This document shows, piece after piece, positions 61,200-64,000 of a stretch of 64,000 bases of DNA. Location: NCBI GenBank assembly GCA_964035575.1, contig OZ037836.1, positions 1,922,001-1,986,000 on the forward strand, in the 5' to 3' direction. Source of the stretch: Rhynchopus sp. YZ270_cl-10 (Eukaryota). Each line of letters starts with the position of its first letter. Within the stretch, counting starts at the first letter, position 1. The notes below the pieces were generated by a model, which searched no databases, had not been told where the DNA came from, and saw nothing but the letters and a program-made list of their open reading frames with translations. Made by a program: the position numbers and the translations under genes.

Positions 61200-62507
61200 A
61201 TGGAAATATGTGTGAAGAGCTTTGACGGAGAGAAGTACACAGTCGAGGTGGGTGTGGATGATACAACTGCGGACATACGGCGGAAGGTGGCGTCTGCAGC
61301 AGAGTTGTGCGAAGACGGCTTTGACATGAGCTTCGGTGGGAAGCTGCTGGCCGAAGGAGACTACATCACGCAGCTGAGTGCTGGGGACACAGTTGTGCTG
61401 ACGAAGACGAAGTCGCAGAAGGACGACGCCATTGCAGCTCTTCGTGACTTGGGTGAGACAAGGCTGACGTCAGAGAGGTTCAACGGTCTGAGAGATCCCA
61501 AGCTGGTTCATTTGTTTCTGCAGGCGGAGGTTGTTACTGAGATCCCCGATGAATTCTTGTCAGGTCGCACGTTCACAGAACTTGATCTCAGTGGTGTGCC
61601 AGGTGTTACCTGTATAGGTTACAACGTTTTCCAATTCTTCAGCGTATTGCACACCGCTGATTTATCTGGGTGGAGCAATGTGACGCGGGTTGGGCACTCT
61701 CTTCTCTCCACCTGCACTGCATTGCAAACCCTTGACTTGTCTGGGTGGAACAATGTGAGGCTGGTTGATAAGTACTTTCTCTCCAACTGCACCTCATTGA
61801 CCACACTGGATATTTCTGGGTGGAACAATGTAACGCAGCTTGGGGACCATTTTCTATCCAGCTGCAGCAAATTGCAAGCACTTGACTTGTCTGGGTGGAG
61901 CAATGTGACGCGGGTTGGTAGTTTCTTCCTCTCCGATTGCATCTCATTGACCACACTGCATATTTCTGGGTGGAACAATGTAACGGAGCTTGGGGACCAT
62001 TTTTTATCCAGCTGCAGCAAATTGCAAGCACTTGACTTGTCTGGGTGGAACAATGTGACGCGGGTTGGTGACCACTTTCTCTTCAACTGCAAATCACTGA
62101 CCACACTAGATATTTCTCGGTTGAACAATGTGAGGCTGATAGGGAACTCTTTTCTCTCCATCTGCACCGCATTGCGAAGCCTTGACTTGTCTGGGTGGAA
62201 GAATGTGACGCGGGTTGATAAGGACTTTCTCGCCAACTGCACCTCATTGACCACACTGGATATTTCTGGGTGGAACAATGTGATGCTAATAAAGAGGGAC
62301 TTCCTACGCAACTGCACTGCATTGCGAACACTTGACCTATCTGGCTTGACGACTGTTCGGCACATTGAGGAAGGCTTCCTAAAAGGATGCAAGATACCCA
62401 CAAGCAGCATCAACGTCACCGGATCGAGCAGTGTTGTGTCAGAAAATGTGCAGAGCCAGAGCGGTAGCCTCGTGGACGATACCAAGTGCAAATGTGTGTG
62501 CATGTGA
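61200..62507 (+). CDS. UBL-LRR-CaaX protein, subfamily A, intact (435 aa, longest LRR array)
   Basis: Complete ORF ending TKCKCVCM*, with a recently duplicated 150-nt two-repeat block. Confidence 0.93.
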   Translation: MEICVKSFDGEKYTVEVGVDDTTADIRRKVASAAELCEDGFDMSFGGKLLAEGDYITQLSAGDTVVLTKTKSQKDDAIAALRDLGETRLTSERFNGLRDPKLVHLFLQAEVVTEIPDEFLSGRTFTELDLSGVPGVTCIGYNVFQFFSVLHTADLSGWSNVTRVGHSLLSTCTALQTLDLSGWNNVRLVDKYFLSNCTSLTTLDISGWNNVTQLGDHFLSSCSKLQALDLSGWSNVTRVGSFFLSDCISLTTLHISGWNNVTELGDHFLSSCSKLQALDLSGWNNVTRVGDHFLFNCKSLTTLDISRLNNVRLIGNSFLSICTALRSLDLSGWKNVTRVDKDFLANCTSLTTLDISGWNNVMLIKRDFLRNCTALRTLDLSGLTTVRHIEEGFLKGCKIPTSSINVTGSSSVVSENVQSQSGSLVDDTKCKCVCM

Positions 62508-63347
62508 GGCATGTGCATCTTTCGAGAGGCTAGGCGCTCATTGCGATGTTCAGAGAACGAATTTTACTTTGCACGTTGCACTTTGCCCTTACCAAAAATA
62601 TGAAACTGTATATGTTTTTTTATGCACAGTTCTTTGCATCCTCGCGTGTACACTGATACAACCAAGCATGTTGTTGTTTTATACTACGTTACAGTAGGAC
62701 AAGAAACTTGGCGATCAAATATTATTGGCGGATTTTGGGGGTTTTGTTGCAATTGGCGACTTTTTTGGTTGCCAATTCCGTTGTGATTTCTCATACAAAA
62801 GCTGTATGTCGTCTGTTTTCAGGATATTCTACTCCACGTCGTTAGAATCAACGTGTGTGTACGTTACGACTTTATTGTTTTATTTCTTCTTCCTTCAAAA
62901 CTTCACACACAACGCTTTTGCTTTGTACAAGACCTGTGTGCATTTCTAGTGAAATTTTTGTAGTAGTTACGTTTTGGGTGCGGGGCAGAGAGTAACATCT
63001 GTTCGATAAAAGAAACGCAAGCTTATTTGTTTTATCTCCTCCCCTTTATTGTGCAGGACCGAAACTTTCCAAAAAGGCATTTTCAAAGGAATGATAGTCA
63101 CCATTGTGACAGGTTTCGCGCTAAAGTGGAGAGGAAGGTGTTTTTTGACACAGCAACTTCGTGAGTCAGTATCGGTCTGCGAATCAAATTAAAAACGGCG
63201 TGTTTGCGCTTCGTGTTCCACTAATTTGTTGATGGCATCCAATCAAAAACAAAACAAAAGACCTCTCCCCTTGTAACTGTTTGTTGTCTCTTGCGTACTC
63301 TTACCCCCAATTGAAAACACCTGCACAAAACAGAGAGACACAAAACC

Positions 63348-64000
63348 ATGGAAATATGTGTGAAGAGCTTTGACGGAGAGAAGTACACAGTCGAGGTGGG
63401 TGTGGATGATACAACTGCGGACATACGGCGGAAGGTGGCGTCTGCAGCAGAGTTGTGCGAAGACGGCTTTGACATGAGCTTCGGAGAGAAGGTGCTGGCC
63501 GAAGGAGACGACACGACGCAGCTGAGTGCTGGGGACACAGTTGTGCTGACGAAGACGAAGTCGCAGAAGGACGACGCCATTGCAGCTCTTCGTGACTTGG
63601 GTGAGACAGCGCTGACTACAGACAGGTTCGAAGGTCTTGCAGATCCCAAGCTGGTTTATTTGTTTCTGCAGGCGGAGGTTGTGACTGAGATCCCCTCAGC
63701 ATGCTTGTCACATGGCACGTTCTCAGAACTTGATCTCAGTGGTGTGCCAGGAGTAACTACAATACGCCACAACTTCCTCCGTGGCTGCACCTCATTGCAC
63801 ACTCTTGATTTATCTGGGTGGAGCAATGTGACGCACATTGCTTTCTGCGTTCTCTCCAACTGCACTGCCTTGCGCACCCTTGACTTTTCTGGGTGGAACA
63901 ATGTCACGCACATCGGGTACGACTTCCTCGAGGGCGACACTGCGTTGACTACAGTTGACTTCTCTGGGTGGGGCAGGGTGACGCACATCGGGAGCAACTT
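63348..64000 (+). CDS. UBL-LRR protein, subfamily A, 3'-partial
   Basis: ATG after the conserved flank; frame open to the window end. Confidence 0.9.
   Translation, partial: MEICVKSFDGEKYTVEVGVDDTTADIRRKVASAAELCEDGFDMSFGEKVLAEGDDTTQLSAGDTVVLTKTKSQKDDAIAALRDLGETALTTDRFEGLADPKLVYLFLQAEVVTEIPSACLSHGTFSELDLSGVPGVTTIRHNFLRGCTSLHTLDLSGWSNVTHIAFCVLSNCTALRTLDFSGWNNVTHIGYDFLEGDTALTTVDFSGWGRVTHIGSN

Noticed and set aside
6491..64000. Diversity-generating retroelement as the source of LRR variation
   Set aside because: Changes are not restricted to adenines, no invariant template repeat is visible, and the only retroelement ORF is LINE-like and lacks its RT core.
1..64000. tRNA, rRNA or spliced-leader RNA genes
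   Set aside because: None recognised by eye; a covariance-model scan would be needed to exclude them.

Overview
Eukaryotic, intron-containing, transposon-rich DNA in which every intact protein gene is on the + strand. That layout suggests euglenozoan, possibly diplonemid-like, polycistronic organisation; this is inference only. The window is dominated by about 12 members or relics of a ubiquitin-like (UBL) + 25-aa leucine-rich-repeat gene family. Subfamily A (MEICVKSFDG...) ends in a CaaX motif; subfamily B (MDL/MDV...) ends in a bipartite-NLS-like tail. UBL and scaffold codons are nearly identical between copies, while fixed LRR positions are hypervariable. Four family members are split by insertions with 18-19 bp target-site duplications (TSDs). 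Two different insertions, one a 5'-truncated LINE with an intact ORF, sit in exactly the same target (CCTCACAAAAACGCAGAA) in two different paralogs, suggesting a sequence-specific retrotransposon system that targets a protein-coding gene family. The three non-coding insertions can be removed in frame as GT-AG introns, so they may be intron-generating retroposons. Other genes are a >1590-aa LRR/ANK/ART-like/macrodomain-like protein, an ankyrin-repeat gene with an 897-bp higher-order repeat, and a 3-exon, ~2130-aa membrane-anchored tandem M16A insulinase. Intergenic DNA holds nested TIR elements, foldbacks, MITEs and microsatellites. Domain calls come from motifs read by eye, without database searches.
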